Program-made: the position numbers and the translations under genes | Source of the DNA: Mobula hypostoma | Taxonomy: Eukaryota | Direction of reading: 5' to 3' | Length of the DNA: 64,000 nt | Assembly: GCF_963921235.1 (NCBI RefSeq) | Contig: NC_086108.1 | Location: 95,358,001 to 95,422,000, forward strand | Part shown: positions 1 to 13,799 of the stretch, piece by piece | Layout: each line of letters opens with the position of its first letter | How positions within the stretch are numbered: position 1 is the first letter of the stretch | The notes under the pieces: generated by a model | The model's database searches: none | What the model saw: only the letters and a program-made list of their open reading frames with translations | What the model was told of the DNA's origin: nothing

Positions 1-109
1 TCATCAACCGTGGGATTGAGTTTAAGAGCTGAGAGGCAATGTTGCAGCTATATAGGACCCTGGTCAGACCCCACTTGGAGTACAGTGTTCAATTCTGGTT
101 GCCTCACTA

Positions 110-515
110 GTCATAGTCATTGTCATAGTCATACTTTATTGATCCCGGGGGAAATTGGTTTTCATTACAGTTGCACCATAAGTAATAAATAGTAATAAAA
201 CCATAAATAGTTAAATAGTAATATGTAAATTGTGCCGGGAAATAAGTCCAGGACCAGCCTATTGGCTCAGGGTGTCTGACCCTCCAAGGGAGGAGTTGTA
301 AAGTTTGATGGCCACAGGCAGGAATGACTTCCTATGACGCTCTGTGTTGCATCTCGGTGGAATGAGTCTCTGGCTGAATGTACTCCTGTGCCCACCCAGT
401 ACATTATGTAGTGGATGGGAGACATTGTCCAAGATGGCATGCAACTTGGACAGCATCCTCTTTTCAGACACCACCATGAGAGAGTCCAGTTCCATCCCCA
501 CAACATCACTGGCTA
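110..515 (-). mobile_element. Rex1/Babar-like LINE 3' fragment
   Basis: ORF end HPLH...PRCNTERHRKSFLPVAIKLYNS; (TATGAC)n tail; TSD TCACTA at 104-109 and 516-521. Confidence 0.75.
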
Positions 516-611
516 TCACTATAAGAAAGACGTGGAAACCATAGAAAGGGTGCAGAGGAGATTTACAAGGATGTTGCCTGGATTGGGGAGCATGTCTTAT
601 GAGAACAGGTT

Positions 612-3600
612 CTTTTTCAATATTTTTATTGATATTATATAAATTGCATGAATATAAATACAAAATTCATAAGGATACAAGTAAATAATATGAATTATAT
701 TACATTTAAATCACAGTAATATGATCACAGTATCCCATATTCCAAATCAATCATGTAGAAAAAAGATTAAATTATGAAATGAAATAAAATAAAATAATTG
801 TATTTTATTTTAGAAAAATCTACCCCCACTACCAAAATTAGCTGGTTGGTAAAAAAAAAAAAGCAAAAAGAGAAATACCTTACCATATGATATTATAATA
901 ATAATGGCTCAGATCCATACTTTAATAACAGTTCAAAGATTATGGAAATAATTCAGAAAGGGTCGCCATAACATTGGAAAATCATGTTTAGAATCAGAAA
1001 TGGAACAGCGAATCTTCTGTAGTCTAGGCATAACATAACATCAGATAGCCATTGAACATGAGTGGGCAGGGCGGCCTCCTTCCACTTGAGCGAGATCGCC
1101 CTCCTGGCCATAAGAGACGTAAAGGCCAATACCCGCAAATCAGATGGCTTCAGCTTTGTAGCACTATCCTCCACACTACCAAACATGGCAGTCAAGAGGA
1201 TTGAGCTTAAAACTAACATTGAAAAGTACAGGAAAAGTTTGAAATACATCTTTCCAAAATTTTTCAAGGCTTGGACATGTCCAAAACATATGAATTAGTG
1301 TGGCCACTCCATTAGTACATCTATCACAGTAAGGGGAAATATCTGCGTAGAAACGAGAGAGCTTGTCTTTAGACATATGAGCTCTGTGTACCACTTTGAA
1401 TTGTAATAAAGAATGATGAGTACATGATGAAGAATTAATCAATTTTTAAATAATCCCAGCTCTCTTCAGATATGAAAATCTGTAAATCCTTTTCCCAATC
1501 TCCTTTAATTTTATCTAAAGAGGCCTTTTCAGTCCCAAAAGTAGACCATAAATGTAAGATATTGAACCGTTATCAAAGGGTTTCAAATTAAAAATTGTAT
1601 CTATTATATTCTTGTCTGGACTTGTAGGAAATGTATGTAATTGAGATCTTAAAAAATCTCTGATCTGCAAGTATCGAAAAAAGTATTGCAAAGGTTAAAT
1701 TTCGTTGAAAGTTGCACAACAGAAGAGAGTTTCCCTCCATCAAACAAATCCTGAAATTGTTTAATACCCAATCTATCCCATTCTGTAAAAGATAATTAGA
1801 GAATATGGGACTTGAGAGGGAGAATCTCAATAAACCAAAATGTTTTCTAAGGTGTAACCAAATCCTCAGTGTATGTTTAACCACCACGTTGTCAGTTAGT
1901 TTATTTAAAGATAAAGGAATCGAGGATCCAAGTAAAGAAATAATGGAAAATTTCACAGAGTTGACTTCCAAAGAAACCCATATAGGGCAATTCTCATGGT
2001 TAATGTAATATATCCAGTACGTAATATGTCATATATTAACTGCCCAATAATATAACCTAAAATTGGGTAAGGCAAATCCTCCGTTCTGTTTGGTTTTTTG
2101 AAGGTGAGCTTTATTTATACGAGGTTTTTTATTCTTCCGTATATAGGAAGAAAGAATTGAATCCAAAGAGTCAAAAAAAGATTTAGGAATAAAAACAGGC
2201 ACAGTTTGAAAAAGGTGTATAAATTTAGGTAAGATATTCATTTTAATAGAATTGATTCGGCCAATCAGTGATAAAGAGAGAGGCGACCAATTAGAAAGTT
2301 TTTTTTTACATAAACTTTAAAAAATTTCCTTAAATCTTTATAATTCTTAGTAATTGTTACTCCTAAATATGTAAATTGTTTTCTTAACATTTTAAAAGGA
2401 AGGTTAGTATTAGTTGTTATTAAATTGTTTAAAGGAAACAGTTCACTCTTCTGTAAATTTAATTTATATCCTGAGAACTGACTAAAATTAGTAAATGGAA
2501 CACAAATGGTAAGGAGGTTGTAACATTAGATATAAAAAGCAATAAATCATCAGCATAGAGTGACACTTTCTGAATAGTACCTCTCCTTAAAATACCAGTA
2601 ATCTCTTTAGACTCTCAAAAAACAATTGCTAAGGGTTCTAATACCAAATCAAAAAGCAGAGAGCTCAAAGGGCAACCTTGTCTAGTTCCATGTTGGAGTT
2701 TAAAGGGTTTAGAATTCTGAAAATTAGTAAGAACCGAGCGGAGGGAGATAGATAAAGTAATTTAATCCAATGAATAAAATTAAGTCCAAAATTAAATTTT
2801 TCTAAGGATGTAAATAGATAGTTCCATTCAACTCTCTCAAAAGCCTTCTCCGCATCCAAAGATGTCACACATTCCGATATTTCCTTAGATGGAGAGTACA
2901 TAACATTTAACAAACGCCGTATATTAAAATGGGAATATCGATTTTTAATAAATCCTGACTGATCATCCGAAACTATAGAAGACATATTTTCAAGTCTGCG
3001 AACCAACACTTTAGAAAAAAATTTTAGTATCAAAATTGAGTAAAGGGATAGGTTTATACGAAGAACATTCAGTAGGATTCTTATTCTTTTTGAGAATGAG
3101 CGAAATGGAAGCTTCGTAAAAAGACTGCGGTAATCTTCCTACTTTAAAGGAACCTGTAAGGGTAGAACATCAGTGTGGTATAAGCAAGGAGACAAAAGCC
3201 TTATAAAACTCTCCAGAGAATCCATCAGGTCCTGGGGATTTCCCAGAATGCCATTCTCCAATAGCCTGAGCAATTTCCTCCTGGGAAATGGGTTGATCCA
3301 ATTGCCTACGATCATCTATCGAAAGATTAGGAATACTTAATTGATCTAAAAAATTATTCATTGCAATATTATCGTTAACAGAGTCAGATCTATACAATTT
3401 AGAATAAAATTCCCTAAAAGTGTCATTAATTTCAAGGTGGTCAGTTGTCATGTCCCCATTAATTTTACATATTTTCTTAATTTGCCGCTTGGCTATAAAT
3501 GCCTTCAATTGATCAGCCAGTAGCTTACCAGTTTCATCTCCATGAATATAAAATTGACTTCTATCTTTTAAAAGTTGGCTTTCAATTGGATACGTTAAGA

Positions 3601-6029
3601 TCATATTTATATTGAGTTTTAGTTTCAGTACGTCTCTTGTATGTTTCAGGATTGGGTACCGAAGCATATTTACGGTCCAGTTGTTTTAACTGATTGGCTA
3701 GTTCATTTCTCTCTTTGTTAGCTTTTTTAATGATGTTTGCAGTATAAGAAATAATTTGACCCTGGATGTATGCTTTAAAAGTATCCCATATAATAAGACT
3801 AGACATCTCTTCCAACGTATTTTCTTCCAAAAAGAGAGTAATTTGATTCTCCATATATTTTTAAAAATTCTCATCAGAAAGCAAAGTTAAATTAAATCAC
3901 CAAAATCTATTCATAGGGATAGGACCAGGAAAATTTAAAGAAAGAAGTACAGGAGAGTGGTCAGAAATAGCAATCTCTTTCTATTCGATCGATCGAACTA
4001 ATGGAATCATTTGACTGTCAATAAAAAAAATAATCAATTCTGGTATAAGAATGATGAACATGAGTGAAAAAAGAATACTCCCTGTCCGTTGGATGGAGAA
4101 AACGCCAAGCATCAACTATACCATATTTAGTTAGAAAGGATTGGATAAACAAAGCTGATTTATTAAGTGCGGCTGGTTTGATAGATGAGCGATCTAATAC
4201 TGGACCTAACCAGCAGTTAAAATCTCCTCCCATTACAAGAGAGTAAGTACACAAATCTGGCAAAAATGAAAATAGACATTTCAAAAATCCTGGATTGTCT
4301 ACGTTGGGGGCATATATATTAGCAAAAACAATCAATTTACTGTCTAAACTCCCTGATACAATAACAAATCGACCATTAGGGTCCGAAACAACTTTATGCT
4401 GAACGAAAGAAACTATTATCTACAAAAATGGAAACTCCACGTGGTTTTGCATTAAACGAAGAATAGAATTGCATACCCTTCTACCGAGTTAAAAAAAACT
4501 TAAGCTATCACAGATGCATATGTGCGTTTCTTGTAAGAAAATAATGGGTGCTTTTAACTTTTTAATATAAGCAAACACTTTGTTCTGTTTGATGGGGTGA
4601 TTCAGCCCTTTCACATTCAAACTAAATAAGTTAATATTTCAAACCATTTTAAATACCAATCAACATGTAATTAAAAGATCTGTCCATAAATTATTAAAAC
4701 TAGAAAGCAAACCGTAAGGTAAGGTATTCAAACAAGCAATCGTATAATCAACCCAACACAGCTCCCAGAGAGAAATGGGCCCTACCCCCTGCCCCACCCA
4801 AAGCAAGAAAGCTGACTAATAGGCAGTCAGCAAGCTAAGAACTAAGTTCCCTCCCTAAAAAAAATCCTGTTGACAAAAACTCCGGTCCTACAAGGTCATT
4901 ATGTCCCTACCAAGACACAACATAAAAAGAAAAATAACTCAGTATTCAAAAATCTAGAAGGATCAGTTTAAACAAATTCAAAGAAAGCTGTATTAAAATA
5001 AAGCCTCAAAAAGGGATATAATAAAAAAAATATCAAAAAATATAACAAAAGACAATATATGAGCAGCCAAAACGTAAGCTTATTGAAACCTTATTTCAGA
5101 TTCATATTAACAGAGGAAAAAATTGATCAAGTAAGAAATATAACAGTTTTAGACTTCATTCTTCAGAAACTCTTTTGCTTCTTCAACCGACTTTATTCTT
5201 TTTCATAATCCGTTCTTCAAAACAATACTCAGATGGGCGGGAAACCGAAGAGATGGTTTATATCCTTCATTATAAAATTCTGACATAACTTCTTTATATT
5301 TCATGCGATCAGCCATAACTTCAGGCGAATAATCTTCCACAAATCTAACCTTGTAACTTTGGAAATCGATCATTCCTTGTCGACGGGTATGGCGAATTAA
5401 AAGGTCTTTAATACGAAATTCATGAAAACTGAGAATGACTGATCTGGGTCTCACCGTCAACGACAATGGCTTCGACTCGGAAGTGAATAAAGCAAGGAAT
5501 AGCTGTTTCAGAAAGTTTGCAAAAAACTTCATAGGGTCAGCGCTTTCAATTGATTCTTCAAGACCCAGAGTTCGCAGGTTATCTCTCTTATTTCTATTTT
5601 CTAGACTGATGATCCTTTTCATCATTTTATCATTGGATAAAGATAACTCTTTGCAGAGTTTAATTGTATCGTTATCATCAACGTCCTCTTCAACTGCCCC
5701 AGCTTCACAGTATTTTCGTGAATTTGGTTCTCATGCTCAGATAAAGTTTGTTGAATTGTATCCAATTTGCTGTTAAGTCATTGAAACTCCTCAAAGTTCT
5801 GATTTTTGCCGTTTAAGGAAGTCACTGATTGAATCCAAAGTGACTGGGGATTCATCTTCTGTTTCTCTTTCTTTTGCAGAAGCTTTTGTTCTTTTCCCAG
5901 CCATAGTAAAGCAATATTAAAGTATTATAATAAAGTTTCAAAAAAAAAAGACTGGTAGGAGACAATTAATCAAACAGGGTAGGACCAATCTAAAACGATG
6001 TTACTCCATCAGCTGCCAACAGGGCTCTC
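612..6029 (-). mobile_element. Full-length decayed L1 retrotransposon (ORF1 ~5904-5150, ORF2 ~4647-900)
   Basis: ORF1 ENRNKRDNLR...EDYS. Endonuclease SLNVKGLN, FLQETH, NIYAPN, GGDFN, RIDYF. RT KSPGPDGF, SLDAEKAF, YADD. C-terminal CDRC..HMFWTC. 11-bp TSD GAGAACAGGTT at 601-611 and 6030-6040. Many stops and frameshifts. Confidence 0.92.
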
Positions 6030-6460
6030 GAGAACAGGTTGAGTGAACTCGGCCTTTTCTCCTTGGAGCGATGGAGGATGAGAGGTAACTTGATAGAGGT
6101 GTACAAGATAATGAGAGGCATTGATCGTGTGGATAGTCAGAGGCTTTTCCCCAGGGCTGAATTGGCTAGCATGAGAGGGCATAGTTTTAAGGTGCTTGGA
6201 AGTAGGTACAGAAGAGATGTCAGGGGTACGTTTTTTACGCAAAGAGTTGTGAGTGCGTGGAATGGGCTGCCGATGTCGGTGGTGGAGGCGGAAACCATAG
6301 GGTCTTCTAAGAGACTCCTGGATGGCTACATGGAGCTTAGAAAAATAGAGGGCTATGGGTAAAGCCTAGGTAGTTCTAAGGTAGGGACATGTTCAGCACA
6401 ACTTTATGGGCTGAAGGGTCTGTATTGTGCTGTATGTTTCCTATGTTTTTATGTTTCTAT

Positions 6461-7372
6461 GATATGAATTTTGGTGGAAGGGCAGGTAGTACTGCAGAAA
6501 CAGGAAGGCTGCAGAAAGACTTAAACAGATTAGGAGAATGGTCAAGAGAGTGGCAAATGAAATACATTGTTGGAAAATGCATGGCCATGCACTTTGGTAG
6601 TAGAAATAAATGTGCATGCTATTTTCTAAGCAGGAGAAAATCTGAAAATCTGAGATGCAAAGGGACTTTGGAGTCCTTGTGCAGAACACCCTAAGGTTTA
6701 ACTTGCTGGTAGAGTCAATGGTGAGGAAGACAAATACAGTGTTAGCAATCCTTTCAAGAAGTCTAGAGTACAAGAGCAGCGAATTGATGCTGAGGCTTTA
6801 TAAGGCACTGGTGAGGCCTCACCTTGAGTTCTGTGAACAGTTTTTGGGCTCCTGATCTAAAAAAAGATGTATTGACCTTGGAGAGGGTTCAGAGGAAGTT
6901 CCCAAAGATGATTCTGGGAATGAAAGGGTTATCATATGAGAAACATTTGATAGCTCTGGGTCTGTATTCACTGGAATTTAGAAGGATGGTGGGGGGGAGA
7001 TCTCATTGAAATCTTTCAGATGTTGAATGGCCTGGACAGAGTAGATGTGGAAAGGATGTTTCCTGTGATGGGAGAGTCTAGGACAAGAGGGCAGGATAGA
7101 GGTATGTCCATTTAAAACAGATGCAAAGAAATTTCTTTAGCCAGAGGGCACTGAATTTGTGGAAGTTATTATCACAGACAGCTATGGAGACTAGGTCATT
7201 GGGTGTATTTAAGGCTGAGCTAGATAGGTTCTTGATTGGACACGGTATCAAGGGTTACGGGGAGAAGGTTTGGGAGTGGGGCTGGTGGTGGGGGGGGGGA
7301 GAAAAGGATCAGCCATGATTGAATGGCAGAGCAAACTTGAAGGGCCAAATGGCCTAATTCTGTTTCTATGTC
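6461..7372 (+). mobile_element. CR1 LINE 3' fragment
   Basis: LQKDLNRLGEW, LYKALVRPHLEFC, LERVQRKF motifs. Confidence 0.8.
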
Positions 7373-8189
7373 GTTGAGGCACATAAGCCTCCAAAGCATG
7401 ATAAAGTTATGGTCCTCTTAGAGAAGTGCAATGTTTGACAAATGATGAATATGTCTTCCCCCATTCTCATAGTCAAAGTGCATTGACTCTGATTGTCATT
7501 ATCTGCTTCATGTTAGTGGTGGGTTAGTGGACCAATGATTAAAAACAGAAGATAATTGTAATTAGAACACATGGTAGAGATACCAGTGCTGGATAAGAGG
7601 CAATATAGAACTGATGGGCAATGAATTGTAAGCAGATTAGCTGACCTTGCAAGAAAATAAGAGTAACAGAGCTTTGTTCTAGTTTTGTTCTGTTAACACT
7701 TGAATAAAGTTATCTCATGTACATAATAATTACATTCTGATTCGCACAGTGCATTCTATCAAGTGACCAAAATGATGTAACAGTAACATCATATCCACAA
7801 AATAAATGCACTTGACATCACCAGCTAATTATTGTAAAATGATGCCTGCTTTATAATGAATTTCAAGGTATCAACTGACATATTGTTAAAGTGACCTAGG
7901 CTTTAACCATTCCAGGTCAATTTTTAAAAATACTGAACATCATTCAAGATGGATTTTAGGAAATTTGATTTCTTTTCATAGTGCAGCAAGTGCATGGAAT
8001 AAATTATCTCAAATAGTTATGGTTGTTGATTTTGCAGCAGTGGCTGCTCTAACTCTTAACTGATTTGACCCCCCTCAGCTGCCTATTCTTCAGTGAGTGA
8101 AAAAAAACACCAAACGTATTGTTTTGGTCTGAGAAAATGTAACAGTAAATCTTCATTTTTGCGTGTTCTGTGCTGCACTATCTTATGAG

Positions 8190-8620
8190 TGCAGTTGGTG
8201 ATGATCAGATTTGCACTCAGTGCAGCAGAGGTTTATAAGCTGATTGGTGACCAGAAACTCTATCAGATTGTTGGTACGTGTCAAAAATCCCGAGTCACCT
8301 CGCTGGTTTAGTCTGATTTAAGTGGTTGTGGTCACCCTAAGGAACCTGTGATGTGATAAGATAGCATTCGCAGGGGTCATGTGGTTTACAAGCTTTAGTA
8401 CAGGAGCCTTCATTACCTCTTCCTAATATGCGCAATAGAAGACATGCACCTCATAAGTTTCCACTGCTTGCATGCTGGAGCTACAATCGATGTGTTTCTA
8501 CGGCCTAGTCAGAAAGTTCGCTGTTGCTGACACGATTTACTGATCTGGCGTGCTTTGCTGCCTTATGTGCATAAACTGAGAAGTGCCTGACATTCATTTC
8601 TTTACCCACTGAGTAAAGTG
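8190..8620. promoter_or_regulatory. Candidate haematopoietic enhancer in the EVI5 last intron
   Basis: Non-repeat; RUNX x2, GATA x2, ETS, C/EBP and GFI1-like motifs within ~125 bp. Confidence 0.4.
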
Positions 8621-9139
8621 TAGAAGTGGAACCGTCCAAAAGTGTGATGTTTATGTAGGTTTAAAGTCGCAACTGGTGATTTTATCTTGTTTAAAATTCA
8701 AACTTGCATGTGTGACTTTCTGTAGAATTCACATTTTTTTTTAGATCATCCTGAGTCTCTTAGACAATTTCTCCAATACTTACATGTCAACAGCTCAGTA
8801 TTAATGCATTTTCACTTTGAGGCAGTTATTTAAATATATCATCTTTTAGAGGAAATATTTCCTGTTTATTTGAAGAGCTAGGTATCAAAGTATCCAGCTA
8901 TATCTTAGAAGATTTACTTTAGATTGATAGTACCTGATACATTGCCTTGATACTACAGTCATTTCATGTTGCATTTATTGAGGCGGAAAACAGCAGATGT
9001 TGGCAATCTGAAGCCAAGAAGTGGCGTAAACTCTCAGCAGGTCAGACAGCACCCGTGGAAAGGGAAACTCAAGTCAACAGCTAAGATCAGTGACCTTTGA
9101 CCAGAAGTGACGAGGTTTATGTTGAACTAGTTTGGAAAC

Positions 9140-9620
9140 AAGCAACACACACAAAATGCTGATGGAGCGCTGCAGGCCAGGCAGCATCTATAGGAAGAAG
9201 TAAAGTCGACGTTTCGGGTCAACACCTTTTGTCAGGACTAACTGAAAGAAGAGATAGTAAGAGATTTGAAAGTGGGAGGGGGAGGGGGGATCTGAAGTGA
9301 TAGGAGAAGACAGGAGGGGGAGGGATGAAGCTAAGAGCTGGAAAGTTGATTGGCAAAAGGGATACAGAGCTGGAGAAGGGTCATGGGACGGGAGACCTAG
9401 GGAGAAAGAAATGGGGAGGGGAGCCCAGAGGAAGATTGAGGGCAGGCAAGGAGTGATTGTGAGAGGGACAGAGAAAATAGGGAGAGGAAAAAAAGAGGGG
9501 GGAATAATAAATAAATAAGGGATGGGGTAAGAAGGGGAGGAGGGGCATTAATGGAAGTTAGAGAAATCAGTGTTCATGCCATCAGGTTGGAGGCTACCCG
9601 GATGGAATATAAAGTGTTAT
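9140..9620 (-). mobile_element. Penelope-like element 3' fragment
   Basis: Antisense of the GSLQPDGMN.DFSNF end of the endonuclease, pyrimidine-rich UTR, hammerhead motif and shared terminus. Confidence 0.75.
9204..9240 (-). ncRNA. Degenerate hammerhead motif
   Basis: Reverse complement UAGUC CUGACAA AAGGUGUUGACCC GAAAC GUC GACU. Confidence 0.5.
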
Positions 9621-9774
9621 TTTTTCCTCGTGTTTGCGTAGTTTGGAAACAGGAACTTTTCATCAAATTCATAGTTTGTGTTGACCATTCCCATTTAAGT
9701 GACAACATAGTAACCAATTTTTATAAGCACCAGATACTAGATTAAGTTGATCCTTTGTCTTTTTAGTCTTTAAT

Positions 9775-10800
9775 AACAGCAACTTACAATTATATGGCAT
9801 TTTCAGAGTAGAACATAATTCCAAATAACTAACAATGACTTACACTTATAGAGTATTTTTAGAGTAGGAAATATTCCAAATAAATGTGAGGAAAGCAGAC
9901 TGCTATCAGGGGAAGACAGATCTACAGAAGCAGTTTACCACCTGGTTAAGGAGAAGACATTTGAGAATTATTTTTTTCACAGTGAGTCCGGTTAAGTAGA
10001 GTGTTCCAAAGGGTAGGCCAGGGATGGCTAAGTTGCTGATTATAGAATAAAGATATAGAGTCATATCAGAGTCAGATAAGGCACCTAGGAAGGGAACAAG
10101 GCTGGAGGAAACTAAAGAGTTGGGGTGGATCGAGCACCATTGTAGGGATGGGCAGTAAATGCCAGTCATGAAAGTGGAACCCAGATCTGAAAAATGAATT
10201 TATCAGTTTGTGTGGCAATGAGGCAAACAGCACATTTTTGTAGGCTAGAGTATGATCAATTGTTAAAGATGAGTATGGGGGTAGTCAACTCTAGTACGCA
10301 TAGATAAAAGTTTCAAAGTCAGCATAGCTGAGATGTGCAGCAAAGGATGGAAGTATAACAGAGATAGAACTGTGAAATTTGAGAGGACATGTCCTAATGC
10401 TCATCTCAGGCTCAAACAGGATGCCAAGATTACAGGTAGACAGTGGCAGGAAATAGTGGCAAAAGAGCAGATTTTGTGGCAAGGCAGAAGGCAGAGGCTT
10501 GTATTTTAAGATGTCAAACTGGGGGAAGTTGAGATTTCTCTGGTGCCTGAGATCAGACAAGCAATCTGATGACACTGTTGCAACTGAGGGAATTGGAAAT
10601 GTGGGGAGGGACATAAAGTTATGGGTCATCATGTAGGTAAAAATTGATACTGCACCTCTAATGGCAGAAGGGAGGGAAGGTTCCACGGATAGAATTTTGG
10701 AAAAGCCAGGGATAATGCTGATGTGAAGAGAGGAAAGCCATCATCCAAGGTGGACTGGTAGTGTTTGGAAAGGTCAGCACAGAACCTTAAAGCCATTCCA
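9775..10800 (-). mobile_element. Ancient L2-like LINE 3' fragment
   Basis: Degenerate CLSDL, NLGILFEPEMS, HLSYADFETFIYAY resemble the L2 RT C-terminus. Confidence 0.6.
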
Positions 10801-11794
10801 GGCCAATGGCCCATCAAGAAAATTGCTTGCGTTTATACTCTCTGCCTTTCTTAATAAAACCAAAGATACAGAGATTTGTTTGTGCACGTCAGGTCTGTAT
10901 GTACTTGCATCCCTTTAAGATTGTACTCTCACTCTCATTCACATTGCCTTTACTTGAACGTCACTGCGTTAAATTTAATCTGCTAAGTGACTTCCCATAT
11001 TGCTGTATGCCTCCTCTTCTAAATTCTGTTCCTTTTCCTCTTTTACCGTGTTTCTCACTTAGATATGACCTACAAATATGCAGTGAAGTCGGTCATTTTT
11101 TTTTTAATCATGAATTTGGGCTTGCTTGTATTTCAGTTGTTTATGGGTACATAATGTAGATCTGGAAAATGCTGTAAAAAGGAAAATGTGGTTTCAGTAA
11201 CAAACTGAATAAAAGTACATCCACTACTTGTGCCTCATAGCTAAAGCCAAAACAAAATGGGTAAATGTCTTTCATCATTTTTAGATATTGTTAATACTGG
11301 GTGGTACATCAGCATATTGACTCTCCCCATTACATTTAATTCAGCTTTATGCTGTAAAATTTCTTGTATACATTGTGCCTTCCTGCATATTTTAGTGCTT
11401 TCCAAATAGTATGACATGGCACAGTGCATTTATATACTAGATTAGTGGTCTGAAGGATTGGACTAATAAATAGAGACACAATTTCAAATTCCATCATTCA
11501 TCTGAAGAATTTATAATCAGTTAATTTAAAAGAAATCCTCTAATAAAAAAAAAGCTATTGATAATGGCAACCAAAAATGCAAATCCCATTTTGTTTATGA
11601 ATCTTCATTAGGGAAGGAAGTGTGGTGTCTTTACTCAGCTTTTTATAAGATACTAGACGGTCAACAATATGGTTCAGATAGTTCCTTCTGAAATGGCTGA
11701 GACTATCAAACTGTATCAACAGTACTGTGCACCTTGAACCTCTGCAAACCACTACCAGTGCAAGTTAATGGGATTTCTTCATGGTAATAAAGCT

Positions 11795-12086
11795 TATGGC
11801 ATGCATTTAAAGTGAGTGGAGGTAATTTCAAAGGAGATGTGAGGGGCAATTTTCTTTTACACAGAGTGATGGAATACGATGGCTGGGGTGGTGGTAGAGG
11901 GAGACATCTTAGGAACTTTTAAAAGACATTTAGATAGACACGTGAATGTGAGGAAAATGGGTAAGATATGGACATTGTGCAGACATAAGGGTTCAAATTG
12001 ATTGGCCATTTGACTAATTTATTTATTTCTGCAAAATATTATGGGCCTGAAGGCCTGTTCCTGTACTGTATTGTTCTGTGTTCTAT
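11795..12086 (+). mobile_element. CR1 3' fragment
   Basis: Similar to the other CR1 3' ends in the window (gggcctgaaggcctgttcctgtactg). Confidence 0.6.
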
Positions 12087-13799
12087 ACTGCAATTCTCTG
12101 TCGTTTTCATTCAGTGTTTGGTAGGACCCTTTTTTGAATGGCCCATTAAGAAAGTTTGCTGCAATTTACTTCTTTTTGATTTGCATATTAAACTGCAAAT
12201 CAGGGTCATGCACAGGTTACTGTCAAAGAAAGGACGTGATTAAGTTTCTGAAATTCTTCAGCTTGAGCTTCGATCTCTCATCCTTTCGTGCCCTGCGAGA
12301 CTCAACAAAGATAGCCAGCAGATTCAAATCATGGTTTTCTATTTTACAGTAATCAAGAAGTCATGACCTACCAGAGTTAGCTTTATTCTGGTTTCCTGTT
12401 CTGATTCACTGGAAACCTTTTGGTTTCAGGTTCTTTGCTAGCACTAATCTTTGGCACGTTTACACATCAGATTTTTTTGACTCTATTTTGCAACTTAAAG
12501 AGCATTGATAGTCTGCAGTGCAGTTGATAACTGGTGAAGCCAAGTGCTAATATCTGGAGCTAAAACCCAGGTTTGTTCATTAAAACTAGAAAGTGCTCTC
12601 TGCTTTCATTCATCCATTTTTGAATTTTTATTAAATAGAATTTCCTGTTGGTTGAAGCTGTCATAATCCCAATCTACCACCTTTTTAAATATTTCTTCCT
12701 GTTAGTCATGAAGTTTTTCACCACCATAATTCTTATTCATGGATGCTAAGAATGCAAATGAACATGCTCCCTCATGGTTTAAATTAAACAAGAATTATGA
12801 AACACGCTAAACACTGGAGGAACTCAGTAGGTCAGGCAACATCAATGGGGGGGGGAGGGGAGGAACGGTTGACATTTCAGGCCAAGGTTAGAAATCTTGA
12901 TCTTGGCTGGATATTATGTGTCATCCTTTTCATTGTGCAAAGTTAATACTATTTTTGTAATGCTTGTTCATTATTTTATACAGTAATGAATATAAATGTA
13001 TCAACAAAATGTAAAGAACAAAGAGCATCTATTGCATCATTTATTGTATGATGTCATAAAATTTAAGATATTGGATCAGTATCCAGACATTTGTATAATT
13101 GATCAGTGTATTCATTTTCCACTGCAGAGCTGGGAAGTTTTAATACATGCTGCTGTATGTTTATTCTTTTGTCAACATGCAATTATCACTCGCAGTGCCA
13201 GCATTTATCGCTCATCCTTATTAAACTTTCTAACTACCTACTTGTGGAAAATCCTCAATGTTCTTGCAAAGGTAGTTCCAGTAATAAGGGCCATTGAAAA
13301 TGGATGAACTTTCAACTCTGGCTGATTTTGTTCCTGAGCACCTAATGCTCTTGCATTAATGCTCTTGTGGTAGAGATCACAGGTTTGGCTGATGCTGTAT
13401 GAGCTATTTCGATATTGACAGGATGAAGTATCACTATAATTGTTTTAACGTACACTGAATTGACCTTTTTTCTTCATGGAATTGAAATTTGAAAGCTTTG
13501 CCCAATTTGTCTTGGTCCACCAGTGAGACCTGTGAATTCTTAATTGACCTGAAAAAACTAAGTAAGTCACTCAGTTCAGGGGTTAGTTAGGATAAAAAAT
13601 AAATACCAGCAGCATCTGCATTCTGTTACTTTTTTTTAAATCAGCAGGTATCATAATATTAATTATACACAAGGTAAACTTAAAGGATTAAAACAGTGCA
13701 TCCCAAGTAATTTAAGCAGCTATCTTTCTTTTATGTGGCTCTCTTGAGCCATCGCCTTAGCAAGGGAGTCTGGAATATCCCTATCCCTCTGAATTACGA

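Larger units (their letters stand above)
1..6460 (+). mobile_element. CR1-clade LINE 3' fragment (pieces 1-109, 516-611, 6030-6460) hosting two nested insertions
   Basis: Typical CR1 ORF2 C-terminus (VRPHLEY, ERVQRRFTRMLPGL, LGLFSLERWRMRGNLIEVYKIM) is continuous across both insertions; ends in an atgtttct-type tail. Confidence 0.85.

Noticed and set aside
612..6029. Active L1
   Set aside because: Both ORFs have multiple stops and frameshifts.
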